Positions 49,821 through 58,531 of a stretch of 64,000 nt of DNA are shown here, one piece after another. Made by a program: the position numbers and the translations under genes. How positions within the stretch are numbered: position 1 is the first letter of the stretch; each line of letters begins with the position of its first letter. The stretch lies in the IMG/VR virus record IMGVR_UViG_3300032242_002477, positions 1-64,000 of that record, one strand, 5' to 3'. The notes below the pieces were generated by a model that saw only the letters and a list, made by a program, of their open reading frames with translations, ran no database searches and was not told the DNA's origin. Source of the DNA: a virus.

Positions 49821-49836
49821 TCGAACAGGTGTTCGA
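49821..49836. promoter_or_regulatory. LexA (SOS) box, Gram-positive/actinobacterial type
   Basis: TCGAACaggtGTTCGA matches TCGAAC-N4-GTTCGA. Confidence 0.75.
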
Positions 49837-49876
49837 AAGGGCCACCAGACTTCAGACCCAGGTCATACATAGAAAG

Positions 49877-50359
49877 CTAGGCAGTAGCCGAGTTTTTGAG
49901 CAAATTTGCGCTTTTGCGGATATTGCAGGTTGCGTGGGAGGGCTTTACATTTGAAATAATATTTGGGCCACCTTTGGCTAAAGGAATTACGTGGTCAAGG
50001 TGCAGACCGTACTCCCAGCCTGGTTCACCGCAATTTCGGGTTAATCTCATATCAATTGAGGTATTACAGATATGACACTCCGTACCCCATAGGTCTAACA
50101 CGTCTTTAGTAGAAAAATTAACAGACTTAACTTGTCGTAGTCGTGCTCGTGCTTTTCGGTCTTTTCTTCGGTTCCACTCTGTTTTTTTATGGGGATACCG
50201 CTTGTAATAGTCTTTATCTTGTTGTTTATACTTTTCTGGGTCTTTGGCTATTTGAGCGCGTCTATAAGCAGCTGCTATGGCTTTGCAATCAAGGCACGCT
50301 ATTTCGTTAAGCTTTTTGCAGCGGTAATAGTCCCCTATAGATACCCCATGTTGGTCCAT
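49877..50359 (-). CDS. HNH endonuclease
   Basis: CHIC...'LDHVIPLAKGG.N...NV...H..CN..K'. Confidence 0.88.
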   Translation of the reverse strand: MDQHGVSIGDYYRCKKLNEIACLDCKAIAAAYRRAQIAKDPEKYKQQDKDYYKRYPHKKTEWNRRKDRKARARLRQVKSVNFSTKDVLDLWGTECHICNTSIDMRLTRNCGEPGWEYGLHLDHVIPLAKGGPNIISNVKPSHATCNIRKSANLLKNSATA

Positions 50360-50426
50360 ATGAAAATAATACTACACTTCATAGGCAGTAGCTAAGTTTT
50401 GCGGGTGTTGCAGGTTGTGTTAGTAT

Positions 50427-50621
50427 GTGCGTATGGATAAATTACTGTATACCGCTGTTGAGACTGCAAAGATGTTGAATGTTTCCAGAGCTACAATTTA
50501 CGTGCTTATTCGCGAGGGCAAGTTGAAGCCAGTGCATATCGGGCGTTCTATGCGTGTGCATATTGATGAAATTCGCGGGTTTGTAGATTCGCTTGTTGCT
50601 GATTCTGAGGTGACTGTATGA
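50427..50621 (+). CDS. Excisionase-like HTH protein
   Basis: 'YTAVETAKMLNVSRATIY.LI..GKL....IG...R'. Confidence 0.8.
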   Translation: MRMDKLLYTAVETAKMLNVSRATIYVLIREGKLKPVHIGRSMRVHIDEIRGFVDSLVADSEVTV

Positions 50622-51088
50622 GAGTTATGAGAGAGTTTTCCGACGGGTATATCGGGTTTACTCAAGGCTCTTTTGACGAGTGGGCCGTAGTGGTGAAAGT
50701 TGCGGGCTTTCCAGAATGGCCTAAGGACTCTTGGTACTTCACAAAGCTTGCAGAGTACGCTCAAGAGCTAGGAGAGGTCGTCTACAAGGACTTTGTAACT
50801 TTATACGAAGTCACAACTAAAGAGGCCTCAGAGAGCATTTTTGACCTGATTTCGGGTATTTCATTCAGATATCCTAAGCCAAAGGAAGCAGAGGTAATAT
50901 TCTGTATTCTCTACATGACAATGATTGCAGAAGAGAATAAAGACGGGGCTATCTTGAAAAAACGTATCAAACGCTTAGGAGTACACCAGATACTGGTCGA
51001 GGGTATGGCACCCGAGCTAGCTGCTAACTACTCTCGCGGCAAGAAGTCGGAAGAGCTAGTTATGGAATGTCATTCAAGAGGATTTTAA
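50618..51088 (+). CDS. Hypothetical protein
   Basis: 156-aa ORF coupled to the HTH gene. Confidence 0.65.
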   Translation: MRVMREFSDGYIGFTQGSFDEWAVVVKVAGFPEWPKDSWYFTKLAEYAQELGEVVYKDFVTLYEVTTKEASESIFDLISGISFRYPKPKEAEVIFCILYMTMIAEENKDGAILKKRIKRLGVHQILVEGMAPELAANYSRGKKSEELVMECHSRGF

Positions 51089-51128
51089 CGAAAAAATTGA
51101 AATACCAAATGATGGATAGTAAAGTATC

Positions 51129-51515
51129 CAAGCCATAGAGAAGGAGTTAGAGAGGTGATGTAGGTGGAGATTAAAGAACTTATTGGCATATTTGATGCCT
51201 CTAAAAGGACTTATAGGAACGATTGATGCATTACCGAAGACTTTAGGTCATAATTGATGCGGTGACTTATCAGCGAAAATCGGGTAGCCATGTATTATAC
51301 CTGCCCAACGATTCAAGCCATAGAGAAGGAGTTGAAATGAGAGGGATATGCGATGTTTCAAATTGTTCCATTCCAGATGAATCAAGAAAAATCCATGAAG
51401 ATTTTGAAGTTCTGGACAGAAATGTCTGTTGGGAATGTGGTGAAAGAATCAAAAAAACTGTTGAAAACCACATGGCAAATTTTTTGAATGTCATCCAAGC
51501 CATAGAAAAGGAGTT
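51129..51515 (+). repeat. Three copies of CAAGCCATAGARAAGGAGTT (IQAIEKEL gene end + SD)
   Basis: 51129-51148, 51314-51333, 51496-51515. Confidence 0.9.
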
Positions 51516-51522
51516 AAAATGA
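51337..51522 (+). CDS. Small Cys protein ending IQAIEKELK
   Basis: SD supplied by the repeat; CDVSNC...CWEC. Confidence 0.6.
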   Translation: MRGICDVSNCSIPDESRKIHEDFEVLDRNVCWECGERIKKTVENHMANFLNVIQAIEKELK

Positions 51523-51664
51523 AATCTTACACAAAGCGTTTAATTAAAAATGAAAAGATATGGGTTCATGCAGGGTGGTGTAAACAAATTGCGCTTAGCA
51601 TAAAGATTACACCCTGGAGTTTTGATATTGATATTCTTTGTTTTTTTATTGCAGTGGAGTACTA

Positions 51665-51808
51665 ATGACACAATGTGATTCATGCGGAAGCACGCTTAAT
51701 AGTACTGTTAGTCTTCATACTAATAAGTGCATTTTTTGCGATAGCGAGGCCCCCATCAAAAATTCTGGTGTACTGTCAGATGTCGCGGCGGAAAAAGAAG
51801 AAGATTAA
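51665..51808 (+). CDS. Small zinc-finger peptide
   Basis: MTQCDSCG...CIFCD; SD GGAG. Confidence 0.5.
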   Translation: MTQCDSCGSTLNSTVSLHTNKCIFCDSEAPIKNSGVLSDVAAEKEED

Positions 51809-51856
51809 TTCTCTCTTTGGTGCACTTACTCAGCACCTCTTTGATATTTTTATCCT

Positions 51857-52090
51857 ATGTTTATGATGTGGTTGCAGGACCAAGAAGACAGAACAGATTC
51901 AACAGGAAGATTTGCTAGATTAGTTACAGACGATAAAAACAATGGGTGCTCTGGGCCTATCAAAACACCCGATGAACTACTAACGCATTTTTTTAACAAA
52001 CATGCCAAGGTATATAAAATTTTACGAGAAAACCTTGTAGTAGTTTATAAAGAATATGCCGCGCTTAACAATAAATTCCCCTTAATATAG
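51857..52090 (+). CDS. YozE-like SAM-fold protein
   Basis: 'F..WL..Q.DR.D..G.FA....D'. Confidence 0.5.
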   Translation: MFMMWLQDQEDRTDSTGRFARLVTDDKNNGCSGPIKTPDELLTHFFNKHAKVYKILRENLVVVYKEYAALNNKFPLI

Positions 52091-52104
52091 GAGAGAATAA
52101 GACC

Positions 52105-53836
52105 ATGGCAAAACCTCGTAAACCCCGCGCTGCTCGTCCTGCAAGAAGCGGACGGGGCAATCCTACTATAGGTAGGACCGCACAAGACAAACTTGTTTCT
52201 CCAGAGCGCATGCTTGGCCGTATTCGTCGGCCAGGTGAGTATGACGAGAGCCGCGAAGAGAACGAATATGGCAATACAGTTGATTTTGCCGATGCCAAAA
52301 TGCGTCGTGAAGCTGGAGAAGGCGTAAACCGATACCCAGGAAAGTGCGTTCACTGCTCTAAGAGTATTGCAGTTGGAATGGGAGAACCTATTCATCGCGA
52401 CGATGTTCCTGCCGAAAAATTGCGCGGAAAAGGCGAATGGCATGTTCAATGCGCTGGCGCATCATGCCTTAATAAAAAGGGAAATGTAAAAGGCCCAGCA
52501 ACTCAAGATGTACCTGTTGCTCAAGGAACTGTCGGTAAAAAAGTTCCAATTGGTAAGGCGGGCGGAGCACATCACGCTGTTCACGTGCACGATAGCCAGG
52601 GAGTTTGGCAAGGTTCACTTAGCTGGCATCCTCGTTCAGGAGTCATTCAAAGTATTGATATTAACCCAGACCACCCAAATCCAGATGTCGTACATAATCG
52701 TTTAATGCAGGACGCGCTCTCTATGTCAAATCAACGCGGATTATCAACTCCAAGAAATAGAGGCTTAAATCCATGAGTGATTCCCCACACGAACCAGTAC
52801 AGGCTGGATTAGTAGGAAAGCCTGATACTAGTAATGTGCGTCCTGTAAATAGGCGCGAAATGGATGTGCGCCGTAAATTGCGTAACTCCACAGACCCAAT
52901 TGATGTATCTGTGTATGAGGACCCGACCTCTCGCAAGAGGCATGTAGACCAAGAAATGGCTAAACCAGAACCTCGTCAAAGCGTATTTGATAAAGCTCTG
53001 GACTACTTAGGATTGTCGGAGAACCCTAACTAATGGCAAAATCAAAACGTAAATCAGGTAACTTGGGCTCACTTCAAAACCAGTATCACAAAGATTCTGT
53101 TGATTATATGCTTTCTAAAACTGGTGGGCGAGTACCTTCTGGCAAAGAAGCTACAGCGTTAGACCAAGAGTGGGCAGCATCTAGAACCCGCGAATTTGCT
53201 GTAGGTCAAGGTATTGACCACCAGATTAACTACGAAGCATTAATGCAAGAAGTTCCTGGCAAAGCTCCTTCTACAAGTTCTAAAACAAAAAAAGAAATTG
53301 CAAAAACTGGTGAAGAACAGGGTCGAGAAGCGCAAGCTCAGGAACCTTATCTTGCAGATAATATTTACAAAAACGATTTAGGATACGTTAATCGTGCACC
53401 CAACTGACGGACAGTTTGATGAGTACGCACTTCCAGGTGATGAGCCTCTAAGACACCAATGGGATACAAACGTGCAGTTTGACTGGTACCGCCATCTTCC
53501 CAAAGAAAAGCAACAAGAGCTAAGTCCCGAAGGAGACCACGCAAAGGCGTGGGAAAAACACACTCGTATGCTTGATTTAGAGCACCGAGCTGAAAGCGAA
53601 GAATGACAGACCCAGCCACAGGTCGTGACCGATTAACACGAGCTTTAGGAGAGTTTACACCTCGTCGTGGCGTTAGGACTGACGGTTCCCGTAATAAGGC
53701 CTTTACAGGTAACAGCGATGACCGCATGATTAACAATGGACTTATCTCTGGGCCCCGTCAAAGCTTTCAACGCTACAATGTAGGCAAGAATGCAACTGAC
53801 GCAATAAATAGGGGCAAACCTACACTGGAGAGATAA
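52105..53836 (+). CDS. Five small hypothetical proteins (52105, 52773, 53033, 53394, 53603), possibly virion-internal
   Basis: Coupled ORFs, first with SD AGGAG. Confidence 0.55.
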
Positions 53837-54286
53837 ATGCTTGAGATACTTCCAATGCCGAATGATGACTTGGTTATAGAGACTGTCTCCAGATGGAACG
53901 CGGATTTTTGGAAAGAACAAGGTGCAGAGCTCAGCACTCAGATAAAACATTATAAAGAGCTATTAAGTTCTGATGATAATGTTTTTGCCCTTGTCGCCTA
54001 TTATGACGGGATTTTGGCGGGTTCAATTTGCTTAGAAAAGCAAAATGGTATTTATTTAGGCGCAGGGTTATTTGTACCCAAAGAAATGAGAAAACATAGA
54101 GTTGGTCTGTCTTTAATAGAGGCAATGAAATCCCACGCTGCTAAACTTGGCGTAGACAAGATTTATGTTTGGACGCCTAATTTGACTCGTTTATATACGT
54201 ATTATGGTTGGGTAGTTATTCAAGAAAAAACAGAACATCTTGGTATGCTAGTAGACATACTAGTTTTAAATATTAAAGGAGAATAA
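53837..54286 (+). CDS. GNAT acetyltransferase
   Basis: 'LFVPKEMRKHRVG..LI', 'LY..YGW'. Confidence 0.8.
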   Translation: MLEILPMPNDDLVIETVSRWNADFWKEQGAELSTQIKHYKELLSSDDNVFALVAYYDGILAGSICLEKQNGIYLGAGLFVPKEMRKHRVGLSLIEAMKSHAAKLGVDKIYVWTPNLTRLYTYYGWVVIQEKTEHLGMLVDILVLNIKGE

Positions 54287-54287
54287 A

Positions 54288-54751
54288 ATGCCATTTTTAG
54301 CAGCGGCAGCGCCAGAACTACTCGCAGTAGGTGCAGGAGCTGGTGAGGCAGCGGCAGGTGGCGCAGCGGTAGCAGGGGAAGCGGGGGCGGCTACCGAAGG
54401 TGCAGCTGGAGCCGCGGAAGAAACGGCAGGTAGCCGTTCAGATGAGTTTAATAACGCAAAAGATGAACAGAAAAAAAACAATCAACAAAAACGCGAATCT
54501 GATAATAGTGGTGGAATAACTGTTGCTGGCATGCCTGTTGTTCCAAATATGGCAGAGTATTATAGTAAAAACTAATGAAGCCAAATAGTATTCAATTTAA
54601 AGTTGATGGTGAAGAGCATGTGGTTGACAAGCACGGCAATAAGTACAAAGTTCACCACCCAGGCAAGAAAAATAAAACTTATACATTAGACGCTAATTCT
54701 TTGTCGGAAGCTAAAAATGCTGTAAAGGAGTGGCACAAAAAAAATGGCTGA
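54288..54751 (+). CDS. Two small proteins (54288-54575 Ala/Gly-rich; 54575-54751)
   Basis: SD and TAATG coupling. Confidence 0.55.
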
Positions 54752-55052
54752 ATCACCAGCATGGCAACGTAAAGAAGGTAAGAACCCAAAGGGTGGCTTA
54801 AACGCTAAAGGCCGCGCATCGGCTAAGGCAGAAGGCCATAACTTGAAAGCTCCTGTTAAGTCAGGAGATAATCCGCGTCGTGCATCGTTCCTAGCACGTA
54901 TGGGACACGCATCTGGCCCAGAACATAAACCAAACGGCGAACCAACTCGTTTGCTACTATCATTGCAGGCATGGGGAGCTTCCTCTAAAGCTGATGCCGT
55001 AGCAAAAGCTGCTGCTATTTCTAAAAGAAATAAAGGTAAGGATAAGAAATGA
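54744..55052 (+). CDS. Conserved basic phage protein (DUF6321-like)
   Basis: 'AWQRKEGKNPKGGLNAKGRAS...RRASFLARM'. Confidence 0.7.
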   Translation: MAESPAWQRKEGKNPKGGLNAKGRASAKAEGHNLKAPVKSGDNPRRASFLARMGHASGPEHKPNGEPTRLLLSLQAWGASSKADAVAKAAAISKRNKGKDKK

Positions 55053-55240
55053 CAAAAGAAAAACCAGTATGGGATAAAAAAGACCCTGACAAGGGAAAGC
55101 ATACAAAGTTAAGTAAGTCACAGAAATCATCTGCTCGAGCAAAAGCTAAAGCAGCTGGGCGCCCTTACCCAAATCTTATTGATAATATGGCTGTGGCGAA
55201 GAAAAACAAACCTCCTAAAAATACAGGTAAAACAACATGA
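55049..55240 (+). CDS. Small basic conserved phage protein
   Basis: 'AKAAGRPYPNLIDNM'. Confidence 0.6.
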   Translation: MTKEKPVWDKKDPDKGKHTKLSKSQKSSARAKAKAAGRPYPNLIDNMAVAKKNKPPKNTGKTT

Positions 55241-55635
55241 GCGCCGAAGATAACCTTATCCCTAGACAATTTAATCCTCTAGAAAAAACTGCTGGATTTG
55301 AAAATCCACATGGTAAATGGTCATTTAAAGTTGGGGATATTGTTAATATGGCTGCTAGTAAAGGTGAGTTAAATACCTTTAATCCTCAGATATTTGCCCC
55401 TCAACTAGAAGGACGTCTAGGAGAGAGCACAGAAGAAAATAGAACACGAACCAATGCGGTAGATATGAGCCACCCTATTGTTGTACTTAAACATCCAGAT
55501 GATACACATAGCCTCCTTGATGGAACCCACAGAGTCCAAAATGCTTTGGAAAAGGGTATGGAAAGCATTAATGCACGAGTAGTGACTCATAAAGACATGC
55601 AACCATGGCAAAAAAGAAGAAAAAATAATGGCTAA
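55237..55635 (+). CDS. ParB/Srx-like domain protein
   Basis: 'PIVV......LLDGTHRV..A...G'. Confidence 0.7.
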   Translation: MSAEDNLIPRQFNPLEKTAGFENPHGKWSFKVGDIVNMAASKGELNTFNPQIFAPQLEGRLGESTEENRTRTNAVDMSHPIVVLKHPDDTHSLLDGTHRVQNALEKGMESINARVVTHKDMQPWQKRRKNNG

Positions 55636-55688
55636 AATTAATCGACCATCACGTGCTTCTGGACAACGTAGTAGAAGGAGAGCACTTC

Positions 55689-56444
55689 GTGGGTAAAAAC
55701 AAGTTTAGTCAGCCTGCTTTGCCAGGTATGCCTCGTCCTAGAGACCTCATGACTCCTGAAGCACGTTACCCTCGCGGGTATACCCCTGAACGTCAACGCG
55801 CTATTTCAGATGCGTTTAAAAATACTCATGTAGGTGGTACGATTAATCCAGATAATCCCGACCCTTCATTTCCAAAAGATATTAGAAAGTTAAGAGCTTT
55901 AGCTATTGATTCGGTAGCAAATAGTAAAATACAACCAGAACAATTACAAGGCATACACTCAATAAATTTTAATGAAGGTGATGAAAAAAACACGAATATG
56001 GATGAAAACGAGATGGGCAATTATAGGGGCGGAATTATAAATATTCGAGGTAGCATGACAGGAGTCGAAAGAAATGAAGGCGCATCTAATTTACGCCATG
56101 AAATTGGGCATCATGCTACTCTAGGCACGGTGCCACCGAATGGCACAGATACAAATAGGGGACTTCGTGAAGGTGTTGCAGATGAGTTTGCTCAAACAAC
56201 TGAAAATAAAATTCATAGAGGGGCCCCCTCAAGATTACCAAATCAACGTACTTATGTTCGTCGAGCATTGCGGGGAACTTCTTTCGGTGGTGAACATAAA
56301 GACTGGAGTGAAGGTTATTTTCAAGGCCGTGCTCCTGGAAGAAGAGAAGAATTTATAAAATCTTTAAAACCAGGTGACTATAGCGATAAATTTGCTGATG
56401 CTAATAATCTTGGTGTGCAATTAGCATTGCCAGGTATGGAATAA
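55689..56444 (+). CDS. Zincin-like metallopeptidase (HExxH)
   Basis: 'LRHEIGHH...EGVADEFA'. Confidence 0.6.
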   Translation: MGKNKFSQPALPGMPRPRDLMTPEARYPRGYTPERQRAISDAFKNTHVGGTINPDNPDPSFPKDIRKLRALAIDSVANSKIQPEQLQGIHSINFNEGDEKNTNMDENEMGNYRGGIINIRGSMTGVERNEGASNLRHEIGHHATLGTVPPNGTDTNRGLREGVADEFAQTTENKIHRGAPSRLPNQRTYVRRALRGTSFGGEHKDWSEGYFQGRAPGRREEFIKSLKPGDYSDKFADANNLGVQLALPGME

Positions 56445-56483
56445 GATTGCAAAGAAAACCGCCGTCTACAGAAAAGATAAATA

Positions 56484-56900
56484 ATGAAGCATGACGAGGG
56501 CCGCCAGTGGAAAGAGGTTTTTAGAGGCCTTGGTCCAGGAAATTCAACAGTTAATAACCCAGTGGGTATTCATTGGTCATCGGATTACCGTATTGCAGCC
56601 ACCCGTTTTGCCAATCGAACAGTTCCAGCTAAGCGTGGGAGCGTTGATACCTCTATTGTTTTGCACGGACACGTACCACCTGCTAGTGTAGTTAATCCAA
56701 AAAGTAAGGAAGGAAAAGACTTAGTATCTAGGTTTGGTATTTGGCCAGGCTCAGGTGAAAAAGAAGAAACTGTGCGACCTGGTTCTACAGTTTTAGTAAC
56801 AGGTCAAACTCGTCTAAAGTCAAGAAAAGATAAAGGGGGGCACATTGAGTGGAAGTCTCGCCTCCGAACATACAACCCACCGCGAGAAATGCAAGCGTGA
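56484..56900 (+). CDS. ADP-ribosyltransferase-fold-like protein (paralog of 29254-29658)
   Basis: 'VFRG', 'HWSS', 'EKEE'; shared C-terminus R.YNPPREM.A. Confidence 0.5.
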   Translation: MKHDEGRQWKEVFRGLGPGNSTVNNPVGIHWSSDYRIAATRFANRTVPAKRGSVDTSIVLHGHVPPASVVNPKSKEGKDLVSRFGIWPGSGEKEETVRPGSTVLVTGQTRLKSRKDKGGHIEWKSRLRTYNPPREMQA

Positions 56901-56915
56901 TGAAGGGGATAAATA

Positions 56916-57257
56916 ATGGCTGAACCAACTAGACAATTTAAATTAAACAGGTCAATGACCGCTTCCCCAGAAACTATGGCACATACAGGTGAGGCAGCAC
57001 CTGACTGGGATACTCATTATGGGACTGCTTTTCGTTTTGCTGAGACACCTAAAGGAGCTGCCACAATAAATGGTAAGACTGTAGACGCAGCGCCAGGAAC
57101 AGTTTCCTTAGTTACTCCTTATAACGGTGACGCTTGGAAGTCTTGGCCCGAGGCCTCTAATGAAGCAAAAATTAACTTTAAGTCTAATTGGGGTAGCATG
57201 TGGGACACCGCAGGTGGTTACAAACAACGTCAAATACTAGGAGCTATTAATGGCTGA
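56916..57257 (+). CDS. Hypothetical protein
   Basis: SD AAGGGG. Confidence 0.55.
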   Translation: MAEPTRQFKLNRSMTASPETMAHTGEAAPDWDTHYGTAFRFAETPKGAATINGKTVDAAPGTVSLVTPYNGDAWKSWPEASNEAKINFKSNWGSMWDTAGGYKQRQILGAING

Positions 57258-57546
57258 GACAAAAAAGTTTGGGCCTTACAAAGGCTCTGATGCTAACGGT
57301 GGCCGTCCTATTTATGTCTACAAGACTAAAGGCAAGGATGGTAAGTGGCATACCACTTCTAAAAACAAAGCTCGTGCGGATTACGAGTCTGAGCACGGAA
57401 AAATTAAAAACAAAAACAAAACAGTTGACCACAAAGATAATAACCACAATAATGATTCTAAAAAAAATCTTCAAATTCTTGACAAAGGAAAAAACACGGC
57501 TAAAGAAAATAAACGCCGTGCAGGTAAAAAACCAAATGCAAAGTAA
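57250..57546 (+). CDS. HNH-like endonuclease
   Basis: 'VDHKDNNHNND...NL....N'. Confidence 0.7.
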   Translation: MAETKKFGPYKGSDANGGRPIYVYKTKGKDGKWHTTSKNKARADYESEHGKIKNKNKTVDHKDNNHNNDSKKNLQILDKGKNTAKENKRRAGKKPNAK

Positions 57547-57571
57547 ACCACTAAGTTAAGGAGCGTTTCAA

Positions 57572-57772
57572 ATTACTGTATCTGCTGTTACTAGAGACCT
57601 TACCGCTCAAGACCGATGTGATTCCTGTGGCGCTGCTGCAAGAGTTGTAGCAACGTTTTTAAACGGGGAGCTGCTGTTCTGTGGGCACCATGCCCGCAAA
57701 TCAGTTGAAGCATTAAAAATTAAAGCTTTAGGGGTTCATGACCCTGAGGGTGAGTTGGAAAACCTAGTATAG
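57572..57772 (+). CDS. Actinobacterial small zinc-finger protein with apparent ATT start
   Basis: 'LTAQDRCDSCGA.A......GELLFCGHHA'; SD AAGGAG 8 nt upstream. Confidence 0.65.
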   Translation: MTVSAVTRDLTAQDRCDSCGAAARVVATFLNGELLFCGHHARKSVEALKIKALGVHDPEGELENLV

Positions 57773-57930
57773 TTATGGAAAATCCTTGGCAATGCGAGAT
57801 TTGTAAAAAAATTTATGTGGTTACTTCTTTGGCTAGACATTGCGAAGAAAAACACTTAGAAGAGTAGTAGTATTCTCCTAGACCGCCAAATGGGGTCTAT
57901 TAACCTATTTTCGTCTAAGGAGAAAATATA

Positions 57931-58440
57931 ATGGCATCAGGCTATCCACATTCAGAATATAACAAAGCACCGCACTGGGAACCAAAAGACTATTGGGCTA
58001 CGCCAAATACAAAAACCCAAGTAGCAACAGTAAATTTTCCCTCGTTGTTTAACGACCAATTCTTTTTAGGGTTTCATGACCAAATTGCTCGTTGGAATGC
58101 TTTAGCAACTATGAAGAAACCTGCTTCATTTCCACCTTACAACATCATTAAGATAGATGAGGATAACTACATAGTTGAACTAGCTGTTGCAGGCTACGGA
58201 AAAGAAGATATCGACATTACTATTGAAACAGACCTTTTAACTGTAAAAAGCAATAAGACATCTAAAACTAAAGAAGATTTTGTCCATCAAGGTATTGCTG
58301 AACGAAACTGGGAACAGCAGTTCGTACTTGGTGAGTGGATGTCTATTAAAGAGGCTGCCCTCAAAGATGGGCTCTTGACTATTAAGGTTGAGCGCGAGAT
58401 TCCTGAGGAATTAAAGCCAAAAACAATCAAAATAAAATAA
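57931..58440 (+). CDS. Small heat-shock protein (Hsp20/IbpA-like)
   Basis: 'FPPYNI....YIVELAVAG...HQGIA.R...F.L...A.LKDGLL'. Confidence 0.92.
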   Translation: MASGYPHSEYNKAPHWEPKDYWATPNTKTQVATVNFPSLFNDQFFLGFHDQIARWNALATMKKPASFPPYNIIKIDEDNYIVELAVAGYGKEDIDITIETDLLTVKSNKTSKTKEDFVHQGIAERNWEQQFVLGEWMSIKEAALKDGLLTIKVEREIPEELKPKTIKIK

Positions 58441-58454
58441 GTAAATAAAGCCTT

Positions 58455-58485
58455 AAGCCCTACAGATTAGCTTTGTAGGGCTTTT
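58455..58485 (+). terminator. Intrinsic terminator
   Basis: AAGCCCTACA...TGTAGGGCTTTT. Confidence 0.75.
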
Positions 58486-58531
58486 GTGCTTTTATACAGA
58501 CAAAGGTATGTTTACCATAAATAATTAAGAC

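Noticed and set aside
42905-49836. Repeat array read as CRISPR
   Set aside because: Intervals are 300-1000 bp and mostly contain intact genes; repeats are composite and degenerate; no cas operon
42905-49836. Integron (attC) cassette array
   Set aside because: No tyrosine integrase in the window; no RYYYAAC...GTTRRRY palindromic attC; cassettes carry their own promoters
50427-50621. Excisionase implying a prophage boundary
   Set aside because: No integrase, att site or host genes seen; this HTH family is common in lytic phages
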